From: Candidatus Latescibacterota bacterium
GTDB taxonomy: Bacteria > Latescibacterota > UBA2968 > UBA8231
Length of the DNA: 64,000 bases
Assembly (NCBI GenBank): GCA_965208105.1
Contig: OZ242318.1
Location: 2,432,001 to 2,496,000, forward strand
Reading direction: 5' to 3'
Shown: piece after piece, positions 9,906 to 19,990 of the stretch
Layout of the letters: every line of letters begins with the position of its first letter
How positions within the stretch are numbered: the first letter of the stretch is position 1
The notes under the pieces: generated by a model
The model's input: only the letters and a program-made list of their open reading frames with translations
Told to the model about the DNA's origin: nothing
The model's database searches: none
Program-made: the position numbers and the translations under genes

Positions 9906-10799
9906 TCACCAGCTCTTGGCACAGCGAAACCCGATGGATCCACTGGAAAGGGTTGGCCCAAGTTCATGACGGACGGAAACACGCGAGTTCTTCAGATTCT
10001 CCTTCCACGAACCGCCGCGATGTACTCTGTGCAATCCCGAATCCGGCCCCTCCGGGTGGCGCTTGGGACTGCGGTAATAGTAGTCCTCGGCATATCTGTC
10101 CTGCACCCACTCGGATACATTGCCGGCCATGTCATGCACCCCGTAGGGCGACACCCCTCTGGAGAAAAAGCCCACCGGAGCGGTGGAGGGGAAATCCTCC
10201 GTATCCTCATTCGAGTTGGCCCATCCGCGGTTGAGGTCTTCTCCCCAGGGATAGGTCTGACCGTTGGTGCCGCGGGCGGCCTTCTCCCACTCCGCCTCGG
10301 TGGGCAGGCGCAGGCCGGCCCATTCGCAGTAGGCCCTGGCTCCGTGCCATGACACTGCGATGACGGGGTGGTCCTGCGGGTCCAGGTGGCGGTAGGGAGA
10401 TTTCACCTTGAACCGCATGCCTTCGCGCTCGATCTGGGCATTGAAACTCCCGATTCGCAGCAGTGGGTTCCCGCTGCGATCGGCGTTCATGCCCACGTCG
10501 TTGATGAAGGCCACGAACTGGGCGTTGGTCACCTCGAACATGTCCATGTAGAAGCTGCTCAAAAAGACGGAATGCACCGGCCTCTCGTTTTTGCGACCGG
10601 AGTGAGACCCCATCTTGAACGCTCCCGCAGGTACCACCACCATGTAATGCCTGGTGTTCCCCGGTGTGGAATGGGCCAGGTCCGCCTCCCCGGCCAGTCT
10701 CAGCGGATCCGTATCTGGAGACTTCTGCAACCCCGTCTGAGGTGCACATCCCAACAGCAGACAGACCGCGAGAAAATTTGAGATAATAGTGATCCGCAT
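9906..10799 (-). CDS. FGE-sulfatase (SUMF1-like) domain lipoprotein
   Basis: F.MGS, EVTNAQF, PV..VSW, RLPTEAEWEKAARG, DMAGNVSEW, RGGSW, GFRC; lipobox LLLGC; the catalytic FGE Cys pair is not seen. Confidence 0.88.
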   Translation of the reverse strand: MRITIISNFLAVCLLLGCAPQTGLQKSPDTDPLRLAGEADLAHSTPGNTRHYMVVVPAGAFKMGSHSGRKNERPVHSVFLSSFYMDMFEVTNAQFVAFINDVGMNADRSGNPLLRIGSFNAQIEREGMRFKVKSPYRHLDPQDHPVIAVSWHGARAYCEWAGLRLPTEAEWEKAARGTNGQTYPWGEDLNRGWANSNEDTEDFPSTAPVGFFSRGVSPYGVHDMAGNVSEWVQDRYAEDYYYRSPKRHPEGPDSGLHRVHRGGSWKENLKNSRVSVRHELGPTLSSGSIGFRCAKSW

Positions 10800-10851
10800 C
10801 AGGAACTCCTGTCTCCATGGAGGGACGGTGCAGCCGCAGGCTTCGTCGATT

Positions 10852-12912
10852 TTAATTGGGCCGGCCAAGAGTCTTCTCGATCTTTGCCACAACCCCGTCT
10901 ACATCCCCTATCTGCCCTGTCTGGCTCTCCACGATCATCCCTTCCGGGTCCACCAGAAAATACGAGGGAATGCCGCTCACGTTGTAGACCTTGGCCACCT
11001 CGGCGCCCCAATCGGGGGCGCGCACGTGCACGCCCTGGATCCCATGTTCCTCCACTGCCTTTCTCCAGTCACTCTCTTTCCGGTCCAGGGACAGGTTGAC
11101 GAAAACCACCTGCCGGGCGGCCATTCTTTCCTTGATTTCCTTCAAATGGGGCAAATCGGCGATACACGGCCCGCACCAGCTGGCCCAGAAATCGAGCAGG
11201 ACCACCTTGCCCTTGAACTGGCTCAGCGATACCTGCTGGCCGTCGAGGTCGTGGAGAGTGAAGTCGGGGGCCGGTCGTCCGGGTTGCACCTTGAGTGCCT
11301 TGTCCAGGGCCGCCTGGACGGCCTCGGAGTATTCCGGGTAGGGGTTGATCTGCTGGAAATCTTCCCACTTCCCCCGTACCTCCGCAAAGGCTTCCATATT
11401 GTCTGCGAAGCCATCGATCAACTGTCCGGCCAGAAACCAGTAGAGCACTCTGCCCTCCAGTTTTTCCCGGGCGAGATCGTAATACCTCTCAAACCAGGAC
11501 TTGCCGATCCTGCTGCCGGGTGCGCCATAGATCGAGTCGGCCCTGGCCTGGGCAGCTTCCGACAACCCCAGTTCCGCCAGATCGAGTTTCTCGGACAGTT
11601 TCAGCGGTTTCCGATTTTCGTACATGGAGTCGAGACGGGACCACCCCGATTCCGACAACTTTGATAGATCGAGTCTTTCGGATAGCTTGGGCCACTCTTT
11701 CGCCAGGGAATCTTTGGGCACTTCGAGCGGCAAGTAGAACGCCAGGACCCCATCTGTGGTATCGATCCTCGGCACCTCTTCCTTGCTTGAGGAGGTAATG
11801 CTATAGGATCTGGACTTTTCATAGAAGGAATCCAGGGCCGCCTGGGCAGTCTCCGAAAGACCGAACGCCGACAAATCGAACTGCTGAGACAGCCTGGGGA
11901 GTCTTTTCTTCGCGTAGACCGAGTCGAGCCGTGCCTGGTCTGTCGGCGACAGACCAACCGCTGACAGGTCGACTATTTTCGACAGTCTGGGCCGGCGGCC
12001 TTCCTCCTCGTAGATCGAGTCCAGTCGGGCAAGGATCTCATCCGAAAGCTCCAAGCCCGACAGGTCATAGATATCGGACAGCCCGGAACGATCGACAGCT
12101 TCGGACGCCTCTCTCAACTCCCTGCCCAGAACGCGCTCCACGTAGGTGCGATAGCTTTCTACACCAATGGCCTTTGCGTCGACCAGGGGAACCTCCTCGA
12201 GAAAGTCGTAGTATTCCGGGGTGATATCCCGATTCTCGTGCTCGTTGGCAAAGCGGTAATTCATCGGGTAGGAAAGCATGTATCCAGCCCACTGGTATTT
12301 GATCTGGTAGATCGCATATTCGACGAACCCTGGGCTCAGCGTGTATCTCTCACGCCCCTCGGCCAGAAACTCGAGCTGGTCCCGGCGCCACTGTTCCACC
12401 TGGCGGGAAAAGTCCTCCACCTGCAGACCCTTGTAGTCCGGGCGGAACGAGAAAGGCCGACGGACCCACTCGGCGAAGAAACGGTTGTTGTCCGCGCTGG
12501 GACCGCTGAAGGAGTAGGAGGCACCGAAAAGGCCTTCCTCGGCGACAACGTGCAGACTGTCACCGGGCTCGACGAACAACACCAGGCGATCGTAGTCGAA
12601 GAGGAAGGCTCCGAGCCAGCGCAACCACTCCCATCGAGGTTTCCCGCCATCGTAAGACACCCAAACGTGGGACCCTCGGGTCACAGGCAGCGCGAGGACA
12701 AAATGGTCCAGACTGTCGAGAGCGGCGCGTTGGTGGGAGAGCCTCCGACCCGAAGGCTGCTGGTATGCGAATGTGATTTCCCGCGAGGAAGGGTCGCGGA
12801 TCTCCCCGGTCACCGTTGCCAGTCCGTACTGTCCGCCTGATTCTTCTGCGGCCGGACAGGTGCTCGATGCCATTAGTATGACAGCCACAACACCAAGGTA
12901 TCTATTGTCCAT
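10852..12912 (-). CDS. Large TlpA/ResA-family thiol-disulfide oxidoreductase with internal repeats
   Basis: C-terminal APDFTL..GKVVLLDFWASWCGPC...GIPSYFLVDPEG; signal peptide; five ~29-aa internal repeats. Confidence 0.85.
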   Translation of the reverse strand: MDNRYLGVVAVILMASSTCPAAEESGGQYGLATVTGEIRDPSSREITFAYQQPSGRRLSHQRAALDSLDHFVLALPVTRGSHVWVSYDGGKPRWEWLRWLGAFLFDYDRLVLFVEPGDSLHVVAEEGLFGASYSFSGPSADNNRFFAEWVRRPFSFRPDYKGLQVEDFSRQVEQWRRDQLEFLAEGRERYTLSPGFVEYAIYQIKYQWAGYMLSYPMNYRFANEHENRDITPEYYDFLEEVPLVDAKAIGVESYRTYVERVLGRELREASEAVDRSGLSDIYDLSGLELSDEILARLDSIYEEEGRRPRLSKIVDLSAVGLSPTDQARLDSVYAKKRLPRLSQQFDLSAFGLSETAQAALDSFYEKSRSYSITSSSKEEVPRIDTTDGVLAFYLPLEVPKDSLAKEWPKLSERLDLSKLSESGWSRLDSMYENRKPLKLSEKLDLAELGLSEAAQARADSIYGAPGSRIGKSWFERYYDLAREKLEGRVLYWFLAGQLIDGFADNMEAFAEVRGKWEDFQQINPYPEYSEAVQAALDKALKVQPGRPAPDFTLHDLDGQQVSLSQFKGKVVLLDFWASWCGPCIADLPHLKEIKERMAARQVVFVNLSLDRKESDWRKAVEEHGIQGVHVRAPDWGAEVAKVYNVSGIPSYFLVDPEGMIVESQTGQIGDVDGVVAKIEKTLGRPN

Positions 12913-13193
12913 GCGCGCTCTTCCCGCCTTGCCTGCTGTCTGCAGCCTTTGTTTGACAAGTTTTAATTATACAAGACCCCAGGGAGGAAGCAAGGCGGCA
13001 AGAGCAGCAGCGGCGCCGCGGCAACCACTCCTGGAAATCCACCTGTCAATGGTGCAGCGGGGGTCCTGGCGCTGAAACCCTGGAGCGGGAACATCCACCG
13101 GCGGATGACGAGGCCGCTCCCGGGGGCCATGCCCTGCGCGGCCTCCGCCCCCTGCGCCCGGGTTGGCGCCCCCAACCGGGGGTTTGCTCGCAG

Positions 13194-13361
13194 CTAGTGT
13201 CCCGTGGCAGAGAGAGGTTGACGCAATTGGGCCGCCGAGGCGCCCGGCTCACAAGGCGGCTGAGCGAGTCGTACCAGTGGTGTACGGCGAGTGAAGGCAA
13301 CGCCGTGAGCCGGAATGGATCGGCGGAAGAATGGCGACATATTTCTGCCACGGGACACTAG
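13194..13361. mobile_element. MITE copy 1 (~165 bp)
   Basis: TIRs TAGTGTCCCGTGGCAGA / TCTGCCACGGGACACTA, CTAG at both ends; homologous to 18299-18467 and 21978-22145. Confidence 0.85.
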
Positions 13362-13756
13362 TCCACGTGCCCCATGACGAGATCGCGCAGGGTCACCATG
13401 CCGAGAGGGTTGCGCTCCGAGTCCACTACCACCGCGCGCGAGAGCTCGAAGCGAACCAGCAACCGCACCGCGTAGCGCGCGAGCATGTCCACCCGCAGGG
13501 TCAACACCGGCTTGGACATGATCTCGTAGACATTGACCCGATCGGGGGCGCGGTTCAAGGCGATCACCTCGCGCGCGATGTCGGCCACGACGATCAGCCC
13601 CAGCTCGTCCTCCTCGCTGCGCCGGTTGACCACGAGCGAGCTGACCTTGTGCTGCTTCATGAGCGCCATCGCCTCGGCCACGGTAGCCAGCCCTTCGATG
13701 CTGTGCAACTCGGAGACCATGAGATCTCCTACCTTGATGGGATCGTTTTCTCTCAT
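13358..13756 (-). CDS. CBS-domain protein
   Basis: CBS pair (VGDLM..TVAEAMALM..V.EIMSKP..GMVTLRDLV); overlaps the PII gene stop. Confidence 0.88.
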   Translation of the reverse strand: MRENDPIKVGDLMVSELHSIEGLATVAEAMALMKQHKVSSLVVNRRSEEDELGLIVVADIAREVIALNRAPDRVNVYEIMSKPVLTLRVDMLARYAVRLLVRFELSRAVVVDSERNPLGMVTLRDLVMGHVD

Positions 13757-14103
13757 ATCTCATCTTCCAATTCTTCGAGAATGGTGGGAAGTTGGGTGGT
13801 GAGGCCCACGGCATCCTCGATGGGGAGTTGAAATGCGATTCCGGCCCCGGGGTCGGCGTCGAAGCGTCCTGCGTCGCGAATCCGCTCCAAGATGTCGCGC
13901 GCCCGCGTCTCGACCACCAGGAACAGAACCACGTCGCGCTTGGCGGCCAGGTCGAGTCCGAAGAAGGTCTTCTCCGGCTTCAGGCCCTCGCCGCGCACGC
14001 TGGTGATGGTGGTGGCCCCGGTAGCGCCGCCGGCGCGGGCGGCGTCGATCACGATATCTCTCTTCTCGTCGTTGACCAGGGCGACGATCAGCTTCAGTCT
14101 CAT
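13753..14103 (-). CDS. P-II family signal transduction protein (non-canonical)
   Basis: KLIVALV...AGGATGAT...RGEG...GAGIAFQLPIEDAVG. Confidence 0.85.
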   Translation of the reverse strand: MRLKLIVALVNDEKRDIVIDAARAGGATGATTITSVRGEGLKPEKTFFGLDLAAKRDVVLFLVVETRARDILERIRDAGRFDADPGAGIAFQLPIEDAVGLTTQLPTILEELEDEI

Positions 14104-14106
14104 AGC

Positions 14107-14904
14107 TCAAGCCTCCTCGGGTTGGTTGGGGATTCGACGGCGCCGCACCCAGGACGCGGCCATGGAGTAGGCCAGCACCGACATGATCGGGAAGACGCTG
14201 GCGAATGCAATGAGCCCGAACCCATCGATCAGCGGGCTGCGGCCGGGAACGCTGGAGGCAAGGCCAAGGCCCAGCGCCGCGACAACCGGCACGGTTACGG
14301 TCGAGGTCGTGACGCCGCCGCTGTCATAGGCAAGCGGCACCATGGTTTGATTGGAGCGGAAGGTCTGCACGATAACAATCAAATAGGCGGCGATGATGTA
14401 CAGGGGAAGGGGGGTTCCGGTGACGATGCGGAAACAACCGAGGGCAACCCCGGCCGCCACCCCGATCGCCACGGCAATCCTGAGGCCCCAGGCGCCGGTG
14501 GCTCCACCCGAGACCTGCTGCGCCTTGAGCGCCACCGCGATCAGCGAAGGTTCGGCGACGGTGGTGGCAAATCCGATGGCCGCGGCAAAGAAGTAGACCA
14601 GCAGGTAGTCATGCCAGTCGACCCCGTCTTCGAGGCTCGCCTCGCCGATGGTCTCGGTGGCGGTGAGTTGGCGCGCCATGGTCTCGCCGATGGGGAAAAG
14701 GGCCTCCTCCAGCCCGATGAGAAAGAGAGTGAGCCCCAAGAGGACAAGGACGAACCCGAGGATCATGTTGCGCAGATTGGGCAGCCTGCGGCGCAGCACC
14801 GCGATCTGGAACAGAAGCAGGACCCCGACGATTGGCGCCACGTCGAAGGCGGTGGAAAGGGCGGTGGAGACCGCGGACCCGGCAAAGGCGTGCAAGGAAT
14901 CCAC
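14107..14904 (-). CDS. DUF1538-family membrane protein
   Basis: [39 protein letters not shown]. Confidence 0.85.
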   Translation of the reverse strand: MDSLHAFAGSAVSTALSTAFDVAPIVGVLLLFQIAVLRRRLPNLRNMILGFVLVLLGLTLFLIGLEEALFPIGETMARQLTATETIGEASLEDGVDWHDYLLVYFFAAAIGFATTVAEPSLIAVALKAQQVSGGATGAWGLRIAVAIGVAAGVALGCFRIVTGTPLPLYIIAAYLIVIVQTFRSNQTMVPLAYDSGGVTTSTVTVPVVAALGLGLASSVPGRSPLIDGFGLIAFASVFPIMSVLAYSMAASWVRRRRIPNQPEEA

Positions 14905-14905
14905 C

Positions 14906-15640
14906 TCAGACCACCATTCCGTATGCGAGCACGAAAATCATGGGAGTCAAGCTGGCGAAGGCGATGAGGCCGAAGCCGTCGATCAGGGGGTTGCGCCCCC
15001 TGATGGAGGATGCCAGCCCGACACCCAGGGCGGTGACCAGGGGAACCGTGATGGTGCTGGTGGTGACGCCGCCGGAATCGTAGGCCACGCCGATGATCTC
15101 CGCGGGCGCGAAGGCGGTCATCGCGCTCACCAGGACATAGCCCCCGATGATCAGGCGATGGAGCGGCCAGCCTTTCAGTATGCGGATCACCCCCAGTACG
15201 AGGGCCGAGCCAACCGAGAGCGCCACCACCATGCGCAACTCGAAGGCGTAGGCCGCCCGCGCCTCGGCATCGGCGGCGATGGCGCCGGCTTCCGCCGCAA
15301 CCTCGGCCGCTTCTGCCGCCACCGCGATCAGGGCAGGCTCTGCGACCGTGGTGCCGAACCCCAGGCAGAAGGCGAAGGCCAGCAGCGCCGTCAGGCTGCC
15401 CTTGCGCGCAAAGGCCTGGGCTATGGCCTCTCCGAGGGGAAAAAGACCACTCTCCAGCCCCTCGGTGAACAGAATCAGGCCGGCGATCACACAGACCAGC
15501 CCCACCGCGACACTGCCGAAGTCAGGGAAGGGTTGACGCAGCACCACGATCTGGAAGAACGCGATGACGACGATGATGGGCCCCAGATCGCGCAGGGCTG
15601 CGGCGGTCCGCTCCAACACGGCGGCCAGGAATCGTTTCAC
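14906..15640 (-). CDS. DUF1538-family membrane protein
   Basis: [39 protein letters not shown]; paralog of the adjacent gene. Confidence 0.85.
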   Translation of the reverse strand: MKRFLAAVLERTAAALRDLGPIIVVIAFFQIVVLRQPFPDFGSVAVGLVCVIAGLILFTEGLESGLFPLGEAIAQAFARKGSLTALLAFAFCLGFGTTVAEPALIAVAAEAAEVAAEAGAIAADAEARAAYAFELRMVVALSVGSALVLGVIRILKGWPLHRLIIGGYVLVSAMTAFAPAEIIGVAYDSGGVTTSTITVPLVTALGVGLASSIRGRNPLIDGFGLIAFASLTPMIFVLAYGMVV

Positions 15641-15754
15641 GGCACCATCCTCAATGTTCCTCGCCTGGTAGTAGCTGGTTCGGGAATGAAATCATCGCGG
15701 CCCTCCGGCGGGCGGGCCCGGCGGGAGAAGGTCCAGGCAAGGTCCAGCTCCACA

Positions 15755-16933
15755 TCAAACGGCAAAGGCAGAGCCGGCGATGTAGCGCGTACCACCGAAT
15801 TTGTTGCCGTCGTCTTCCATGAAGTAGTAGGCCGTGAAGATGCGGCCATCCTCCAGCTCTGTCGCCACCGGGTAGCCGATGTCCCAGTCGCTTCCATCGG
15901 CCCGGATCACGGCTTCGCCCGACCAGGAATCCCCCTCGTCTTCACTCAGAATCAATCCCATGCCGTATGGCGGTCTGCGGCGCGCGAAAATCACCACGAT
16001 GCGCCCGTCCCGCAGCAGCACCGGCCAGGGGGACCGGTAGAGCGGGCCTGGTATCGCCCCGGACCAGACGTGGTCGCGGGTCAGCTTCGCCCAGGGCGAT
16101 TCGCCCCAGCTCACGATCACCCGCGGCTCGCTCCAGGTGAACCCCCCATCATCCGAGTGGATCATGGTCAGGACGTTGCGGCGCATGCCTGCCAGGTTCA
16201 GCATGTAGCACTGCAACCTCCCTCCGGGCAAGCGCAACATGCGCGGATAGGCGAAGCGCCCCACCGCCTCGATGGGTTCGAGGGCGGCCATGGCGAAAAA
16301 CCCCCATTCAACGCCGTTGTCCTCGGTGGCGTAGAAGCCGAGCTGGCTCTGGTCCAGGTCCGCCATCACTCCCAGGGTTCCGTCGTCGAAGTAGACGGGA
16401 GGATAGCCGTCCACCAGCACCGAGCTGTAGCCCTGGGGAGGGGCCAGCCGCGTCGGCACCTCCTCCCAGCTGTGGCCCCGGTCCGCCGAGCGGAAGACGT
16501 GGGTCTCGTGGTTCATGTTGCCCCGGGAATCGACCCCCTCGGAGCCCGACCTCTTGAAGAAGGTGATGGCATCTTCACTCCCGAGGTCGATCTCCTCGCG
16601 CTGGACCCCGGGCTCCACCGCCGATTCATGGATGGCCTTCTTCTTTTCCTCGGGCCAGCCGTTGTTCCAGAGTACGATGTCGTCCTCGCGCCTCCAGGTC
16701 TCGCCGTGGTCGTAGGAGCGCTGGAGCAGAAACACGCCCTCGCGAAAATAGACTCCGTGGCTTACATCTTCCACCTCGCCGTAGACACAGGAGGCGTGGT
16801 TGTGAATCACGGCTATCTCGCCGTTGCCGAAATTGTGAATCCCCGACTGGCTCGGGTGTCCGCAATAGGTCTCCTTGCTGTAGCAGACCTTCGTATGGCT
16901 GACGTCCCGCAGCCGCGGACGGAATCCTTTCAC
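15755..16933 (-). CDS. BNR/Asp-box repeat sialidase-like protein
   Basis: Asp boxes SYDHGETW, SADRGHSW, TEDNGVEW, SDDGGFTW, SEDEGDSW; C-terminal DIGYP...DG.IFTAYY. Confidence 0.8.
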   Translation of the reverse strand: MKGFRPRLRDVSHTKVCYSKETYCGHPSQSGIHNFGNGEIAVIHNHASCVYGEVEDVSHGVYFREGVFLLQRSYDHGETWRREDDIVLWNNGWPEEKKKAIHESAVEPGVQREEIDLGSEDAITFFKRSGSEGVDSRGNMNHETHVFRSADRGHSWEEVPTRLAPPQGYSSVLVDGYPPVYFDDGTLGVMADLDQSQLGFYATEDNGVEWGFFAMAALEPIEAVGRFAYPRMLRLPGGRLQCYMLNLAGMRRNVLTMIHSDDGGFTWSEPRVIVSWGESPWAKLTRDHVWSGAIPGPLYRSPWPVLLRDGRIVVIFARRRPPYGMGLILSEDEGDSWSGEAVIRADGSDWDIGYPVATELEDGRIFTAYYFMEDDGNKFGGTRYIAGSAFAV

Positions 16934-17099
16934 CTGCGCCCCCTTTGCAGAATTTTACCCAATGGCCTCCCTTGACCCGGGAGATGCCGTTTTAAATACT
17001 TGAGAGCCCACTCGATGGCCGTTCCGGGCGGTTTGAGTTGCGCTCGCACAGGAAAAATAATCCATGCTGCACCGCAAGGCGAGGAGGTAGGAACTTATT

Positions 17100-18302
17100 A
17101 TGCTGGAACGCCGAGAAATTGCCACATCCCGATCGAAGGCATTTGTAGTCGGGTCTTTTCGCCATCCGGCGACGCCGGCCTTCAAGGCCAACCTCCATTG
17201 CCACAGCACTCACAGCGACGGCAGCTTGGCGCCTCAAGAGGTCGCCGATCTCTACGCGGGGAAAGGATACCAGGTCCTCTGCATCGCCGACCACAATGCC
17301 TATGGCGATCAGGACGGCGACGGGGTCCACGACTGGAACCTCGACGGCGTCGTCGAGTCTCCCGCCCGGCCCCGGGGCCACGGCTCGAAACCTCACTTTC
17401 CATGCGCCGAAGACGCCGGACGCGAGGCATACCTGCGCGACTACGCCCGCACGGCCGCCGAGCAGGGACGGCCCTGGGTCCGCGAGAACTGGGACCTCGC
17501 CCGCAAGGGAGAACTGCTTTTGCTTCCCGGTTTCGAGGACCACTTCACCGGACCTCACATCGTGATCAACGGGTTTCCCGTCCTGGAACAGGGGAGCGAC
17601 ATCGCCCGCTTCAGGGGAACCCACGACTACCGGGAGGTCGTGCAGCAGGCGGGTGGGGTGGTCTACCTTGCCCACCCTCACGAATGGGAGGACGATCCCG
17701 CCTTCTTCCTGGACCATCCGGAACGGCGCCGCCTCGACGGCATCGAGGTGATAAACGGCTACCTTCTGCGCCATGGACAGCAGGAGGATCCGGCCGGCGA
17801 GCGGGGCTTCGCGCGCCGTCTCTGGGACGCGATCCTCAGTTCCGGGGTCAGTTGCTGGGGCTATGGCAACGACGACATGCACAGGACCGATCCCGGCCAG
17901 GCCGGACCGTTCGTGGCATGGACCGAGGTCTGGGCTGAATCGCTTGATTCAGCCCACGTCCTCCGCGCCCTGAGATCGGGAAGCTTCTGCGCCAGCACGG
18001 GGGTCTCGGTGTCGGCCCTGACCCTGGAGGAGGACAGAATATGCGTCACCACCCGCAACGCCTCGCGCATCCGCTTCGTCGGCAGCGGCGGAAAGGTCCT
18101 CCAGGAAACCCGATCCGCGGCCGCCGCTTACCCCGTCGCCGGCGATGAGGGCTACGTCCGGATCGAGTGCGAGAACGACGAGCTGTGCTGGCCCGGGGAG
18201 CAGCCCCAACTGGGCCAGTGGGCCCTGTGCCAGCCCCTTTGGATCCTCGGAGAAGGCGACGAAATGCCCGAGGGGCTCCACTGGGAGGAAAAGGACACCT
18301 AG
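17100..18302 (+). CDS. PHP-domain (CehA/McbA-like) metallohydrolase
   Basis: NLHCHSTHSDG, IADHN, LAHP, GIEVIN, GNDDMH, GYVRIE. Confidence 0.8.
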   Translation: MLERREIATSRSKAFVVGSFRHPATPAFKANLHCHSTHSDGSLAPQEVADLYAGKGYQVLCIADHNAYGDQDGDGVHDWNLDGVVESPARPRGHGSKPHFPCAEDAGREAYLRDYARTAAEQGRPWVRENWDLARKGELLLLPGFEDHFTGPHIVINGFPVLEQGSDIARFRGTHDYREVVQQAGGVVYLAHPHEWEDDPAFFLDHPERRRLDGIEVINGYLLRHGQQEDPAGERGFARRLWDAILSSGVSCWGYGNDDMHRTDPGQAGPFVAWTEVWAESLDSAHVLRALRSGSFCASTGVSVSALTLEEDRICVTTRNASRIRFVGSGGKVLQETRSAAAAYPVAGDEGYVRIECENDELCWPGEQPQLGQWALCQPLWILGEGDEMPEGLHWEEKDT

Positions 18303-18467
18303 GGTCCCGTCGCAGAAATATGTCGCCATTATTCCGCCGATCCATCCCGGCTCACGGCGTTGCCTTCACTCGCCGTACACCACTGGTACGACTCGCTCAG
18401 GCGCCTTGTGAGCCAGGCGCCTCGGCGGCCCAATTGCGTCAACCTATCTCTGCGACGGGACACTTAG
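18299..18467. mobile_element. MITE copy 2
   Basis: Same element as 13194-13361 in inverted orientation; begins at the CTAG containing the PHP gene stop. Confidence 0.85.
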
Positions 18468-18588
18468 GCATCCGGCCCCGCGCGTACGCCCGGTAACCAG
18501 GCGGCCGTACCGGCTATCCAGCGCCGCAGGGCCGGCGGCCGCAACATTCCCCCACCCAGGCCGAAGACACATCCCACAAGGAGGACAA

Positions 18589-18951
18589 ATGAACGCCAGA
18601 GAACCCATGGTCATCCACTACGTCAGGGAGATGGACCGGGCACTGCGGTTCTACCGCGACGTCCTTGGCCTCCAGGTGATGGACGAGTCCCCCGGCTGGA
18701 CCACCTTGCGCTGCGACGGCTGCATCGTCGCGCTGCACATCCTCGCTCCGGGGATGACCGAAGCCCCCTTCGCCCACGCCGGGTTGAACCTTCGCGTCGA
18801 CGACCTCGACGCCGCCGTCGCCGAAGTGGCGGCGGGCGGAGGCCTTGTCAAGGTGGTGCGGGAAGCAGGCGGAGGGGTTCCGGTGCGGGTTGCGGAGCTC
18901 GGCGACCCGGAGGGCAACGGCTTCGAGCTGCGCCAGTTGGTCGGCACCTGA
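18589..18951 (+). CDS. VOC/glyoxalase family protein
   Basis: V.EMDRALRFYRDVLG...VDDLDAA...DPEGNGFEL; GAGGA RBS. Confidence 0.85.
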   Translation: MNAREPMVIHYVREMDRALRFYRDVLGLQVMDESPGWTTLRCDGCIVALHILAPGMTEAPFAHAGLNLRVDDLDAAVAEVAAGGGLVKVVREAGGGVPVRVAELGDPEGNGFELRQLVGT

Positions 18952-19050
18952 CGACAGTCCCGTCAGGGAAATTTCAGCGGATACCTGCCGCGGCCGGTGG
19001 GAACTCGGTCTCGAGCACGGGTCCGGCCGGTGCATATTGAGGGCCGATCC

Positions 19051-19938
19051 TCAGCCAGGTCCTCCGCCGCCCCAGCGGCTGGGACGGATCCCGGCGGCGT
19101 CCCGGGCCATGCCATCCGGGCGGTTGGGCACGTCGTAGTCGATATGCCGCGTGTTGAGACTGCGGAAGAAGGGCTGTATGTGTTCCGGCAGCCCGGCCAC
19201 CTTCTCCGGATCGCGGTCCTCCTCCACGTCATCGATGGGACCCGCCCAGCAGGGACGGTAGGCAATGGCCAGCATGCGCCTGTCCCGAGCGCTGTGATTG
19301 GGGAAGTTGCCGTGGAACACATTCTGGTTGATCACCACTGCCGAGCCGGCCTTGCAGCATACCATCACCTCTTCGGGATGGCTCAGAAACCTGTTGTACG
19401 GATTGCCGTCGATGTGCATGGACAGGTGGGACCGGGGGACCACCTTGAATGGCGAGCAGTCCGGAGTCTGGTCGTCGAGGTAGTAGAGGGCGCGCGCCAG
19501 GACCGGTGAACTCGACTGCCGGCCGAAGATCTTCGAGCCATAGGGCTGGGCATCGGTGTGTATGGCGATGCCCGGGTGACCGGGCCCGGAGCAGCCGTAT
19601 CCGCACGACGTACAGATAACCTCGTCGCCGAAAAGGTGGGTCAGGAACTCGACCATCGGGGCCAGTGCGATGACCTCGATGGAGACCGGCGAATCCGTCC
19701 ACTGGACCTCCTGAGAGCCGCGCTGGTGGGGACTGTAATCGACGCTCCGCGTCGGCAGCCGGCCCAGCTCCTCCCTGATCCTCTCCACCGTTTCAAGCGG
19801 CAGCAGGTCGGGCAGGACTACATACCCCTCCAACTCTATGGAGCGGACCTGCTCATCGCGGGTCAGGCTCGACCAGTCCGTCTCGTCCATCCGGGCCCGG
19901 GCAATATCCTCTTTGCTATTAGTGAATGATGTATCCAT
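19051..19938 (-). CDS. Phytanoyl-CoA dioxygenase (PhyH)-family Fe(II)/2OG oxygenase
   Basis: EGYVVLPDLL, HTD, VVPRSH, AGSAVV...FHG...N...DRR. Confidence 0.85.
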   Translation of the reverse strand: MDTSFTNSKEDIARARMDETDWSSLTRDEQVRSIELEGYVVLPDLLPLETVERIREELGRLPTRSVDYSPHQRGSQEVQWTDSPVSIEVIALAPMVEFLTHLFGDEVICTSCGYGCSGPGHPGIAIHTDAQPYGSKIFGRQSSSPVLARALYYLDDQTPDCSPFKVVPRSHLSMHIDGNPYNRFLSHPEEVMVCCKAGSAVVINQNVFHGNFPNHSARDRRMLAIAYRPCWAGPIDDVEEDRDPEKVAGLPEHIQPFFRSLNTRHIDYDVPNRPDGMARDAAGIRPSRWGGGGPG

Positions 19939-19990
19939 GGCGCAGAATCGTCCTTTTTCGTGTGGCCGGCTCGAGTAACGGCGTGGGTCC

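Noticed and set aside
9906-10799. True formylglycine-generating enzyme for the sulfatase
   Set aside because: It lacks the catalytic Cys pair near RGGS and is a lipoprotein, so only the fold is supported.
14648-16975. 775-aa plus-strand ORF
   Set aside because: Antisense to the DUF1538 and sialidase-like genes, which carry clear family motifs.
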